Notes: generated by a model not told the origin, from the letters alone. Positions 1 to 9,215 are shown, counted from the first letter of the stretch. The stretch is 37,623 nucleotides of DNA from Patescibacteria group bacterium (GCA_038065955.1 JBBTPY010000003.1:1-37623); one strand, 5' to 3'. Made by a program: numbers and translations.

Positions 1-1
1 C

Positions 2-370
2 ATTGGGCCTGTTACTGGCGGCGGCGATGCTCAAGCGCCTTCCGTTCCCGCTGGATTTTCAGCGCAGGCCATTAGCAGTAGCCAGATAAATCTTTCTTGG
101 ACAGCTTCCACGGACAATGTCGGAGTAGCAGGATACAGAATATACCGTTGTCAGGGAACCGGCTGTACTCCCACAACTCAAATCGCCACTTCTGCCACTA
201 ATTCATATTCCAATACCGGTTTGATCGCCTCCATAGTTTATGTTTACAGAGTTTCCGCCTACGACGCCGCGGGAAATGTTTCCGGCCAATCATCTTCCGC
301 CACCGCCACCACTCAAACAGCGGCCGACACCACTCCGCCGGCAAGTCCGACGGGGTTGACGGTGATATAA
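2..370 (+). CDS. 3' end of FN3-domain surface protein (5'-truncated by window edge)
   Basis: Manual translation of frame 2: ...DAQAPSVPAGFSAQAISSSQINLSWTASTDNVGVAGYRIYRC...YRVSAYDAAGNVSGQS...DTTPPASPTGLTVI*; stop TAA at 368-370. Confidence 0.85.
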   Translation: MGPVTGGGDAQAPSVPAGFSAQAISSSQINLSWTASTDNVGVAGYRIYRCQGTGCTPTTQIATSATNSYSNTGLIASIVYVYRVSAYDAAGNVSGQSSSATATTQTAADTTPPASPTGLTVI

Positions 371-391
371 AATAATATATAATTATAAAAT

Positions 392-775
392 ATGAATAAT
401 CAAAAAACTGATTTTAAAAAATTAATTATTCCCGCGGCGATAATTTTAATATTGGTCGCGGTTGTTGTTTTTTTTGATTTTGTGGTAAAATTAACTAAAC
501 CATCCGGCAACGCCAATTTATCCTGGAACGCCAATATGGAATCGGACTTGGCCGGTTATAAAATATATTATGGAACTTCTCCGAGAACAGGAGATTGTCC
601 GCCCGGCGGATATTTAAAAAATCTTGACGCGGGAAAAACCGCTACGCCGGACAAGCCAAGTTATAAAGTTGAAAATTTGAAAGAGAATAAAACATATTAT
701 TTTTCAATAACAAGTTATGATGTTTCCGGGAATGAAAGTTGTTTTTCACCGGAGATGTCAAAAAGTATTTTCTAA
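392..775 (+). CDS. Membrane-anchored single FN3-like domain protein
   Basis: N-terminal hydrophobic helix, then LSWNANMESDLAGYKIYYG...YYFSITSYDVSGNES. Confidence 0.8.
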   Translation: MNNQKTDFKKLIIPAAIILILVAVVVFFDFVVKLTKPSGNANLSWNANMESDLAGYKIYYGTSPRTGDCPPGGYLKNLDAGKTATPDKPSYKVENLKENKTYYFSITSYDVSGNESCFSPEMSKSIF

Positions 776-816
776 AGGTCAATAATTAAATAAATTAAAA
801 TATAAATAAAATATAT

Positions 817-3800
817 ATGATAAAAAAAACATTGTTTCCCATATTATTTCTGTCAGGATTTTTATTATTTGTTTCTATTCAATCGGCATTTGCCGGCAGC
901 GCCACTTTATCCTGGAATGCCAATACGGAATCTGATTTGGCCGGCTATAAAATATATTACGGAACTTTTACTAGAACCGGTACGGACCCGAAAGTTTGCG
1001 GAATGTGCGGTTATTCGGCCAGCACGACTGTTAGTAGCGCGATTACTACTTATACTTTTAATAATCTGACAGACGGACTTACTTATTATTTTTCTGTTTC
1101 AGCGCGTGATGCGTCTAATAATGAAAGTTCTTTTTCCGGCGAGGTAAGCAAGATTATTCCGATAACCAATACTGTCGCTTCTTCTACTATTTTTTTTCAG
1201 GAGAACTTTGAGGATGCAAATCTTTCATCAAGAGGATGGTATGACGGTACAAACCTGAAACTCTCCGCAACGGAACGCTACGCGGGCAATTCATCAGTGG
1301 AATATCATTTCCTGCCAAACGCCACTACTCCGGAAATTTCAGGAGGCGCGATAAGGCATTTATTCACGCCTACTGATGAGGTTTACGCAAGCTATTACGT
1401 CAAATACAGCGCTAACTATACGGGTTCAAACAGAACCTACCACCCGCACGAGTTTTTAATATTAACCAATGAAAATACTTCTTACGCTGGGCCTGCTTTT
1501 ACGCATCTTACGGCCTATATTGAACAAAATGAAGGAATACCCCTCCTTGCCCTTCAGGATGGAATGAACATTGACCTTACAAGGCTCAATCAGGATTTGA
1601 CAAGCATAACAGAGAGCAGAGCAATAGGAGGCTGCAACGGAGTTCCGAGCGCTGAAGCGGCAAGCACTATAAGCTGCTACAGCATAGGAGGAGGAACTTA
1701 CTGGAACGGAAAGGACTGGAGGGCAGGCGGTTCCCCCAATTCACATGCTGGGACGGTATATTTTCAGGACACAGCAGGCCCTTATTACAAAAACAATTGG
1801 CACCGCGTAGAGGCGTATTTCAAATTAAACAGTATCGTCAACGGCAGAGGAGTGGCTGACGGGATATTGAGATATTGGTACGACGGCAATTTAATAATTG
1901 AAAGAACAAACGTAATAATGAGAACCGGTCAGTATCCGAATATGAGATTTAATCAATTTCTAATTGCTCCATGGATAGGCGACGGCTCTCCTGTGGACCA
2001 GACAATGTGGGTAGATAACCTGACAGTCGCCACCTCCAGACCTTCCGGCCAGATTCTTCCGCTAACAGACACCACTCCTCCATCTATTCCTTCTAATCTT
2101 TCCGCCATAACCATATCCACCACCCAAATCAACCTCTCCTGGACGGCTTCCACAGATAACACAGCTGTAACAGGATATCGAATCTATCGCTGTACCGGAT
2201 CTTCCTGTACTCCTTCAACCCAAATCGCCACTTCAACGACAAATTCATATTCAAATATCGGCCTTACCGCTTCCACTTCTTATACCTACCGAGTGGCAGC
2301 TTACGACGCCGCCGGCAATGTCAGCGGCCAGTCAACAAGCGCCAGCGCTACTACGCAGGTGGCGTATGGTTCGGCAGTTGTTTCCTGGAACGCCAACACG
2401 GAATCTGATTTAGCCGGTTATAAAATTTATTACGGGACTTCCACTAGAACTGGCGCTTGTCCTCCTGGCGGCTATCTCAATAATTTAAATGCTGGGAATG
2501 TTTTAACTTACACTATTAATAATCTTTTAGTCGGCTTAACTTATTATTTCTCAACAACTGCCTATGATTCTTTAAATAATGAAAGCTGTTTTTCCAATGA
2601 AGTCAGCAAATTAATAGCGGCCACATCAACTCTGCCGGCTCCGGATACCACAGCTCCTTCTTTGATTTCCAATCTTTCCGCTTCCAATATCACCCAAACT
2701 TCAGTTAATCTTAATTGGCTCGCTTCCGGCGATGACGGAAATATTGGAATCGCAGCTTCATACGACATCAGATATTCAACTTCCAATATTACGAGTTCTA
2801 ATTGGAATACCGCAGCTCAAGTTTCTGGAGAACCTACCCCTCAAATTTTCGGTTCAAATCAGTCTTTTACGATAGTCGGTCTTTCACCTAATACTCAATA
2901 CTATTTTGCCATTCGTTCGACCGATGACGCCGGCAATATTTCTTCAATTTCCAACATCGCTTCGGCTATAACCCAATCGCTTACCCTTTCCGTTTCCTTT
3001 TCAGCCACTCCTAATTCAGGAACAAATTTTCTTTCCGGAGTAAGTTTGGCCGCTTCTGTTTCCGGTTCCGTCCAAGGCACAACCAACTACACTTTTTACT
3101 GCAACCGTTCCGATTCCGGAACTAATATCACCACTCCTTACGCCGCTAAATACGATAATTCCACTTCAACAACCATAACGGCTTCAAATATTTGTTCTTA
3201 CCCAAGCGCCGGAACTTATACCGCTAAAGTTATTGCGGAAAAAGGGGCAATGTTTTCCGAAAATAGAACAACTATTATTGTTTCTGCGCCAACACCAACA
3301 CCAACACCAACACCTATGCCTACACCTACACCTACGCCTACGCCTACGCCTACGCCTAGCGGCGGAGGAGGTGGCGGCGGCGGAGGCGGCGGTTCATATT
3401 CCGATACAACTCCTCCTTCAACCCCTTTATCTTTTTCCGCTTCGGCTTTCAATAAACAAATAATCCTTTCTTGGAAAAATCCCGCTGATTCGGACTTTGT
3501 CAGAGTTCTTATTACAAGAAAAGAAGGTTCTCATCCAACATCTCGAACCGACGGAACTTATGTTTATGAGGGAACTTCGGAAACTTTTACCGATACAAGA
3601 GTTGAAAATAATAAAACTTATTATTACGCCATTTACGCTTACGATAAAAAACCTAATTTCTCGCAGTCGGCGATTGTTTCTGCCACGCCTTTATCCTCTC
3701 TTATTTCCGCGCCGGCGCCAACAACACCAACAACACCAACAACACCAACAACACCAACACAAAGTCAAATATCAACTCAGGGAATTATTATTGTCGGACC

Positions 3801-4182
3801 TTTTGCCGTTGGCCAGAGGTCGGAACAAGTTAAGGTTCTTCAACAAATGCTTTCTCAGGATGAAGAAGTTTATCCCGATAAGTTGATTACCGGTTATTAC
3901 GGAAATATGACAAAAATTGCGGTTGCCAAATTTCAGCAAAAATATGGCATTGTTTCGGATGGAATCGCCGGTCCGGCGACCAGAAGTAAATTAAATGAAA
4001 TTTTCGGTGGAAGTCAGAAAGTTTCTTCTCAGCCCGTTCAAATTCAGCAACCTTCTTCTTTGGCCGCGGCAAAACAAGTTCTTATTGAAACAATTCAAAA
4101 ACAAATACAAGTTCTTCAACAGAAACTTATTGAATTACTCGCTAAACTCGCTGAAGTTTTAAAGAAAGAAGCCGGGCAATAA
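817..4182 (+). CDS. Secreted multidomain surface protein: FN3 repeats, polysaccharide-lyase/ConA-like domain, PKD-like domain, PT/G linkers, peptidoglycan-binding domain, C-terminal coiled coil
   Basis: Signal peptide ending AFA; about five FN3 motifs; WHRVEAYFKLN...DGILRYWYDG; GQRSEQVKVLQQML...TGYYGNMTKIAVAKFQQKYGIVSDGIAGPATR (PG_binding_1-like). Confidence 0.8.
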   Translation: MIKKTLFPILFLSGFLLFVSIQSAFAGSATLSWNANTESDLAGYKIYYGTFTRTGTDPKVCGMCGYSASTTVSSAITTYTFNNLTDGLTYYFSVSARDASNNESSFSGEVSKIIPITNTVASSTIFFQENFEDANLSSRGWYDGTNLKLSATERYAGNSSVEYHFLPNATTPEISGGAIRHLFTPTDEVYASYYVKYSANYTGSNRTYHPHEFLILTNENTSYAGPAFTHLTAYIEQNEGIPLLALQDGMNIDLTRLNQDLTSITESRAIGGCNGVPSAEAASTISCYSIGGGTYWNGKDWRAGGSPNSHAGTVYFQDTAGPYYKNNWHRVEAYFKLNSIVNGRGVADGILRYWYDGNLIIERTNVIMRTGQYPNMRFNQFLIAPWIGDGSPVDQTMWVDNLTVATSRPSGQILPLTDTTPPSIPSNLSAITISTTQINLSWTASTDNTAVTGYRIYRCTGSSCTPSTQIATSTTNSYSNIGLTASTSYTYRVAAYDAAGNVSGQSTSASATTQVAYGSAVVSWNANTESDLAGYKIYYGTSTRTGACPPGGYLNNLNAGNVLTYTINNLLVGLTYYFSTTAYDSLNNESCFSNEVSKLIAATSTLPAPDTTAPSLISNLSASNITQTSVNLNWLASGDDGNIGIAASYDIRYSTSNITSSNWNTAAQVSGEPTPQIFGSNQSFTIVGLSPNTQYYFAIRSTDDAGNISSISNIASAITQSLTLSVSFSATPNSGTNFLSGVSLAASVSGSVQGTTNYTFYCNRSDSGTNITTPYAAKYDNSTSTTITASNICSYPSAGTYTAKVIAEKGAMFSENRTTIIVSAPTPTPTPTPMPTPTPTPTPTPTPSGGGGGGGGGGGSYSDTTPPSTPLSFSASAFNKQIILSWKNPADSDFVRVLITRKEGSHPTSRTDGTYVYEGTSETFTDTRVENNKTYYYAIYAYDKKPNFSQSAIVSATPLSSLISAPAPTTPTTPTTPTTPTQSQISTQGIIIVGPFAVGQRSEQVKVLQQMLSQDEEVYPDKLITGYYGNMTKIAVAKFQQKYGIVSDGIAGPATRSKLNEIFGGSQKVSSQPVQIQQPSSLAAAKQVLIETIQKQIQVLQQKLIELLAKLAEVLKKEAGQ
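3289..3393 (+). repeat. Coding low-complexity repeat: (Pro-Thr)n hexamers followed by poly-Gly
   Basis: ccaaca/cctaca/cctacg units, then ggc/gga/ggt run. Confidence 0.9.
3718..3759 (+). repeat. 9-bp tandem repeat (ccaacaaca)x4+ encoding a PTT linker
   Basis: Directly visible. Confidence 0.9.
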
Positions 4183-4222
4183 TTGCCTTGTTAATAACTT
4201 GTTGATAATTTTTTAGATATCC

Positions 4223-4255
4223 TTAAAAAACCCGCTATTTTAGCGGGTTTTTTAA
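4223..4255. terminator. Intrinsic, potentially bidirectional terminator
   Basis: ttaaaaaacccgcta-ttt-tagcgggttttttaa: hairpin with A/T tails, 40 bp after the surface-protein gene. Confidence 0.85.
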
Positions 4256-4280
4256 TTAGCGAAAATATTTTCATAAAACA

Positions 4281-4348
4281 TTGACTCGTTTGTGAATGTG
4301 GAGCATTATTAAATGAAAGTGGGGAACTGTGGATAAGTGTGGGGATAA
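4281..4348 (+). promoter_or_regulatory. dcw promoter with MraZ-type GTGG repeats and a DnaA box
   Basis: TTGACT(4281)-N17-CATTAT(4304); GTGG at 4319, 4329, 4339 (10-bp period); TGTGGATAA at 4328-4336. Confidence 0.7.
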
Positions 4349-4366
4349 CTATGGTTTTCTGTGGAT

Positions 4367-4798
4367 ATGTTTATCGGCGAATTTCAACACAATTTAGACC
4401 TTAAAAGCAGAATCGCGGTGCCGGCGAAATTTCGGCCAAAACTTTCAGGCGGAGCGATTATTACTCGCGGCCTTGACCATTGTCTTTTTGTTTTCGCGAA
4501 TAAAGAATGGGAAGTTTTGGCGCAGAAACTTATCGCTTTGCCGTTGGCGCAAGCGAATTCCCGCGCGTTTGTCCGGCTGATGCTTGCCGGCGCGATGGAT
4601 GTGGAAATTGATAAACAAGGGAGAATTTTAATTCCCGATTATTTGCGCGAATACGCCACTTTAAGAAAAGAAACGATAATTGCCGGATTGTATAATCGCA
4701 TTGAAATTTGGGACGCTGAAACATGGAAGCAATACAAGGCAAAAACCGAAAGCGCGTCCGACGAGATAGCGGAAAAGTTGTCAGAACTGGGCATATAA
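4367..4798 (+). CDS. mraZ: Transcriptional regulator MraZ
   Basis: MFIGEFQHNLDLKSRIAVPAKFR...DKQGRILIP...NRIEIW; ATG at 4367 preferred to GTG at 4361. Confidence 0.97.
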   Translation: MFIGEFQHNLDLKSRIAVPAKFRPKLSGGAIITRGLDHCLFVFANKEWEVLAQKLIALPLAQANSRAFVRLMLAGAMDVEIDKQGRILIPDYLREYATLRKETIIAGLYNRIEIWDAETWKQYKAKTESASDEIAEKLSELGI

Positions 4799-4823
4799 CA
4801 ACTATGACTAAGTAATTTGCGCG

Positions 4824-5717
4824 ATGCACAAACCCGTTCTTTTAAAAGAAGTCATTGAAATTTTAAATCCAAAGCCCGGAGAATTTTTTATTGACGGAAC
4901 CGTCGGCGGAGGCGGGCACAGTTTGGAAATTTTAAAAAAAATCGGTAAAGGCGGAATTTTTTTAGGAATGGATTGGGATGAAAAAATAATTGAACAGACA
5001 AAGTCAAAATTAGACGCAGTATGTCAGATGTCAGACGTCAAATGTTATTTTGTTCACGGTAATTACGCCGATTTGCCGGAAATATTGAAAGAAAATAATT
5101 TGCCGAAAGCCGACGGATTAATTTTGGATTTAGGAATGTCTTCAATTCAGCTTGAACGCTCGGGAAGGGGATTCAGTTTTTTAAAAGATGAGCCATTGGA
5201 TATGAGATACGACATAGCCGAAAGTTTGACGGCGGCGGAAGTTATAAACAGTTTTAGGGAAAATGATTTGAACGATATTTTTTGGAAATATGGAGAGGAA
5301 AGATATAGCCGAAGAATCGCTAAGAAAATTGTTGAAGAAAGAAAGGAAAAAAGAATTTTAACTACATTTGATTTAACGGAAATAATTAAAAGAGCTGTTC
5401 CAAAAAATTATGAAAGAGGCAGAATTTATCCGTCCACCAGAGTTTTTCAGGCATTGAGGATTTATGTCAATTGCGAATTGGAAAATTTAGAAAAATTGCT
5501 GAAAAATATGAGTGAAATTTTGAAACATGGAGGTCGAGTGGCGATAATTTCATTTCATTCATTGGAAGACAGATTGGTAAAAAATTATTTTCGGGAGACG
5601 GCAAAAAAGGGTAAAGCGGAAATTTTAACAAAGAAGCCTATTGAAGCGATTATGGAGGAAATTCAACAAAATCCAAGGGCAAGGTCGGCGAAAATGAGAG
5701 CGATAAAAATAATATGA
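4824..5717 (+). CDS. rsmH: 16S rRNA m4C1402 methyltransferase
   Basis: HKPVLL, DGTVGGGGHS, DLGMSS, PLDMR, ISFHSLEDR, NPRARSAK. Confidence 0.97.
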   Translation: MHKPVLLKEVIEILNPKPGEFFIDGTVGGGGHSLEILKKIGKGGIFLGMDWDEKIIEQTKSKLDAVCQMSDVKCYFVHGNYADLPEILKENNLPKADGLILDLGMSSIQLERSGRGFSFLKDEPLDMRYDIAESLTAAEVINSFRENDLNDIFWKYGEERYSRRIAKKIVEERKEKRILTTFDLTEIIKRAVPKNYERGRIYPSTRVFQALRIYVNCELENLEKLLKNMSEILKHGGRVAIISFHSLEDRLVKNYFRETAKKGKAEILTKKPIEAIMEEIQQNPRARSAKMRAIKII

Positions 5718-6025
5718 CTTTTATTAAACTAAATAAAAACCAAAATAAAATAAATTTTTTGATTTTAATTTTGACGTTTGCCGCGATTTCATCAGCCGTT
5801 TGGGGCGTATTTTTATATAATCAATTAGTGAATTTTCGTCATGAAATAGTCAATTACGAAAAAATTGTCAGTCAAGCGGAAGTGGAAAACGCGGAATTAA
5901 AAAATACTTTATATCAAATAATAGACGTGAAAAATCTTGAATCGGCGATTAGCGGCCGCTTATTAGTTATTGAGAATAAGCCGCAGTATGTCAAAGTCGC
6001 GGAAAGTTTAGCTGAAAAACATTAA
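5714..6025 (+). CDS. FtsL-like cell division protein
   Basis: TM helix plus coiled coil, located between rsmH and ftsI. Confidence 0.65.
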   Translation: MTFIKLNKNQNKINFLILILTFAAISSAVWGVFLYNQLVNFRHEIVNYEKIVSQAEVENAELKNTLYQIIDVKNLESAISGRLLVIENKPQYVKVAESLAEKH

Positions 6026-6026
6026 A

Positions 6027-7610
6027 ATGCGCTGGCGTTCTTATTCTATAATTTTTATATTCGGCGTTTTTTACGCGGTTTTAATTTTTAATCTTTATAA
6101 TATTCAATTAAATAAAAATGTTAAAGCCGGCGACGCTTTATCGCCGGAAAGGGGCAATATTTATTTTACCGATAAAAACGGCAATTTAGATTCGGCGGTT
6201 TTGAATAAAGAGTACGATATAATATACGCCGTTCCGAAGGAGACGCAAAATCAAAATAATAATTACGCCGAAATATTAAGTCCGATTATTAATCTTTCGG
6301 CCGAAGAAATTAAAAAAAAATTAAGCAAACCGAACGATTTATATGAATTATTGGTTCAAAAGGCGTCATCGGAGCAAATTAATAAAATTAAAGAATCGGG
6401 ATTAAAGGGAATTTATATTAATAAACAGAAATTGCGTTTTTATCCATTTGGCAGTTTAGCTTCGCATGTTTTGGGATTTGTTTCTCCAACGGTGGATAAA
6501 GAATTTTCCGGCCGTTATGGAGTAGAACTTCAATATAATTCGTTATTAGCCGGCGCGCCCGGAGAGACGGACGGCAAGGATATTATTTTAACGATTGATA
6601 AAAATGTTCAGGCGCAGGCGGAAGAAGTTTTTAAAAAAATGGCGGAGAAATGGCAGGCCGAAAGCGGCGCGATTATTATTCAAGAATCGTCAAGCGGCAG
6701 GATTTTAGCAATGACCGGAATGCCCGATTTTGACCCGAATAATTATTCAAGTTTTGAAATAAAAAATTTTCTTAATCCGGCGGTTCAGTCAGTTTATGAA
6801 TTCGGTTCTGTGGTAAAAATAATGACCATGGCGGCCGGCATTGACAGCGGGAAAATTACTCCGGAAACAAGTTATGTTGATACGGGCTCGGTTACTTTAA
6901 ACGGCAGAACTATTCAAAATTGGTGGAAAAAAATTTACGGCCGAGTCACAATGACGGAAGTAATTGAAAATTCAATCAATACCGGTTCGGTTTTTGCCGA
7001 ACAGAAGACTGGTCATCAGATTTTTTACAATTATTTGATTAATTTCGGTTTTAATAATTTAACCGGCATCGGTTTGCCCGGAGAAGTAAGGGGCGATATT
7101 AAAAATCTTAAAAACGGCCGCGATATCAATTACGCGACGGCTTCTTTCGGCCAGGGCATTTCAATGACGGCAATTGAATTAATTAACGCTTTTTCGGCGA
7201 TTGCCAATAACGGCGTTTTAATGAAACCGTTGATTTTAGCCGATGAAAAATCGGAAGTAATAAGGAGAGTTGTTTCCGCGAAAACGGTTAGGCAATTAAC
7301 AGAGATGATGGTTTCCGCGATTGATAAAAATAAGGCGGCCGATATCGCCGGTTATTCAATTGCCGGAAAAACAGGCACGGCTTACATTCCCGATTTTAAG
7401 AACGGCGGCTATAGCGATAAAGTGATTAATACTTTTGTCGGTTTTCTTCCCGCCTTTGCCGATTCGGCTTCCGTTCAAAAATTTACGGTTTTAATCAAAC
7501 TTGATAAACCGAGAGGCGTACCGTTTGCTTCGGAAACGGTCGCGCCGGCTTTTAGAGAATTGGCGCGGTTTATTATAAATTATTATAATATCGCGCCGGA
7601 CAAATTATAG
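6027..7610 (+). CDS. ftsI: Class B penicillin-binding protein (FtsI/PBP3-like)
   Basis: N-terminal TM, RGNIY, RFYP, GRYGVE; SxxK (SVVK), SxN (SIN), KTG. Confidence 0.88.
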   Translation: MRWRSYSIIFIFGVFYAVLIFNLYNIQLNKNVKAGDALSPERGNIYFTDKNGNLDSAVLNKEYDIIYAVPKETQNQNNNYAEILSPIINLSAEEIKKKLSKPNDLYELLVQKASSEQINKIKESGLKGIYINKQKLRFYPFGSLASHVLGFVSPTVDKEFSGRYGVELQYNSLLAGAPGETDGKDIILTIDKNVQAQAEEVFKKMAEKWQAESGAIIIQESSSGRILAMTGMPDFDPNNYSSFEIKNFLNPAVQSVYEFGSVVKIMTMAAGIDSGKITPETSYVDTGSVTLNGRTIQNWWKKIYGRVTMTEVIENSINTGSVFAEQKTGHQIFYNYLINFGFNNLTGIGLPGEVRGDIKNLKNGRDINYATASFGQGISMTAIELINAFSAIANNGVLMKPLILADEKSEVIRRVVSAKTVRQLTEMMVSAIDKNKAADIAGYSIAGKTGTAYIPDFKNGGYSDKVINTFVGFLPAFADSASVQKFTVLIKLDKPRGVPFASETVAPAFRELARFIINYYNIAPDKL

Positions 7611-7620
7611 AGTATAGAAT

Positions 7621-8766
7621 ATGCGTCAAATTTCAATAAATATTTTTAAATATATTCTTAAGCAAATTGCCAAATTAACGATTTGGCGTTTTAAGCCGGA
7701 AATTATCGTTGTTACCGGTCCTGTCGGAAAAAGTTTAGCTAAAGAGGCGATTTTTGCGGTTTTTAAAAATCACAAGCGTGTAAGAAAAGAGAGCGATGAT
7801 TTTAACGGTGAATTAGGCGCGTTTTTGGCTGTTTTGGGCGGATGGCGGAAAATCGGCCGGCCGCTTTTTTTATTTTGGTTAAGAGTGTTCGTTTCATCAA
7901 TTTTAAAACTTGTTTTTTTGCCGAAGTCGTTATATCCGAAAATTTTAATTTTAGAATCAGGCGAATTTAAACCGAAAATCGCCGTTTTAACCGCCGTAAG
8001 CGACAGCGCGGTTGAATTTCCTCAATCTTGCGATTTCGCGATTTTAAGTTTTGATTCCGCGTCCGCCGTAAAAATTAAAAAACGGATAAAAAATTATGGG
8101 AAAATTTATGACGAAGAATCAGATGTAAAAATAATAAATTTTGAAAATCGGATTAACGGAGACGGTTTATCCGGTATTTCTTTTAAAATTGAATATGGCG
8201 GCAGTTTCGTGCCAATTGTTTTAAAAGAAGTTTTGGGGAAATCTCACGCTTTTGCCGCGGCGGCAGCCGTTGCGGTCGGCTTGATTCATAATTTAAATTT
8301 AGTGGAATCATCGGAGTTGATTATGTCGAATTATCGGCCGTTAAAAGGCAGGATGAACTTGACCGTCGGACTAAAAAACACTTATATTATTGATGACAGT
8401 TATGGCGCTTTGCCGATTTCCGCGCGGTTGGCGCTTGAAACCGTTAAAGAATTGAAAGCGCCGAGAAAAATCGCGGTTATAGGAGATATGCTGAATGAGG
8501 GAAAGTTTACCGTTGAAGCGCATAAAGCAATCGGTCAGTTAGCCGCTGAAAGCGTTGATGTTTTATTAACGGTCGGTCCGCGGGGAAAATTTATCGCTGA
8601 AGCGGCGCTTGACGCCGGTATGGCAAAAAATAAAGTTTTAAGCTTTGATATTTACGAGGAAGCGATTGAGCCGTTAAAAAAAATAATAAGAAAAGGGGAT
8701 TTGATTTTAATCAAGGCATCAAGAGCGGTGGGATTAGAAAAAGTCGTTGAAGAATTAAAGGTTTAG
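7621..8766 (+). CDS. murF: MurF-like Mur ligase, shortened
   Basis: VTGPVGKS P-loop, GRMN, IIDDSYGA, IGDML, LIKASRAVGLE. Confidence 0.7.
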   Translation: MRQISINIFKYILKQIAKLTIWRFKPEIIVVTGPVGKSLAKEAIFAVFKNHKRVRKESDDFNGELGAFLAVLGGWRKIGRPLFLFWLRVFVSSILKLVFLPKSLYPKILILESGEFKPKIAVLTAVSDSAVEFPQSCDFAILSFDSASAVKIKKRIKNYGKIYDEESDVKIINFENRINGDGLSGISFKIEYGGSFVPIVLKEVLGKSHAFAAAAAVAVGLIHNLNLVESSELIMSNYRPLKGRMNLTVGLKNTYIIDDSYGALPISARLALETVKELKAPRKIAVIGDMLNEGKFTVEAHKAIGQLAAESVDVLLTVGPRGKFIAEAALDAGMAKNKVLSFDIYEEAIEPLKKIIRKGDLILIKASRAVGLEKVVEELKV

Positions 8767-8770
8767 CGAT

Positions 8771-8842
8771 GCCCCTGTCGTCTAGTGGCCAGGACGGATG
8801 GTTCTCAGCCATCAAACCGGGGTTCGATTCCCCGTGGGGGCG
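8771..8842 (+). tRNA. tRNA-Glu (anticodon CTC), CCA not encoded
   Basis: Acceptor GCCCCTG/TGGGGGC; D arm with TAGTGG; anticodon arm GATGG-TTCTCAG-CCATC; T arm CGGGG-TTCGATT-CCCCG. Confidence 0.95.
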
Positions 8843-8847
8843 CAAAT

Positions 8848-9195
8848 ATGAGCATTTTATCATCAATTATTAAAGATAAATATTTGTTTGTTATTTTTGG
8901 GCTAAGTTTTTTAATTCTTCTGGCAATTTTGCCGTTTATTTATTTTAAGTTGGCGGGCGGCGAAAATTTTTTAGTGATTCATTTTGACGCTTATAAGGGC
9001 ATTGATTTTTTTGGCGACCGTTTGAAAGTTTTCGGAATTTTAATTTCCGCTTTGGCAATTGTTTCCGTAAATTTATTTTTAGCGGATTTTCTTTATAATC
9101 GGGAACGATTTTTGTCTTATTTTTTTTGTTTTGGCAGTTTTGTCCTGACAATCTTGATTTTAATCGCAATAGGAGTTATCATAAGTGTTAATTAA
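8848..9195 (+). CDS. Small membrane protein with three TM helices
   Basis: Three hydrophobic segments, VIHF...GIDFFG loop; start moved to ATG 8848 downstream of the tRNA. Confidence 0.75.
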   Translation: MSILSSIIKDKYLFVIFGLSFLILLAILPFIYFKLAGGENFLVIHFDAYKGIDFFGDRLKVFGILISALAIVSVNLFLADFLYNRERFLSYFFCFGSFVLTILILIAIGVIISVN

Positions 9196-9215
9196 ATTAA
9201 TAAATATAAAAAGTT

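Noticed and set aside
3216-3886. Alternative-frame ORFs with VG, HQ or RL repeats
   Set aside because: Shadows of the PT, poly-Gly and PTT linkers of the 1121-aa gene.
5714-5717. UGA recoding (code 25)
   Set aside because: TGA ends rsmH at the expected position, and conserved genes have no in-frame TGA.
8785-8847. N-terminal extension of the 136-aa ORF
   Set aside because: It is a translation of tRNA-Glu; the real start is ATG 8848.
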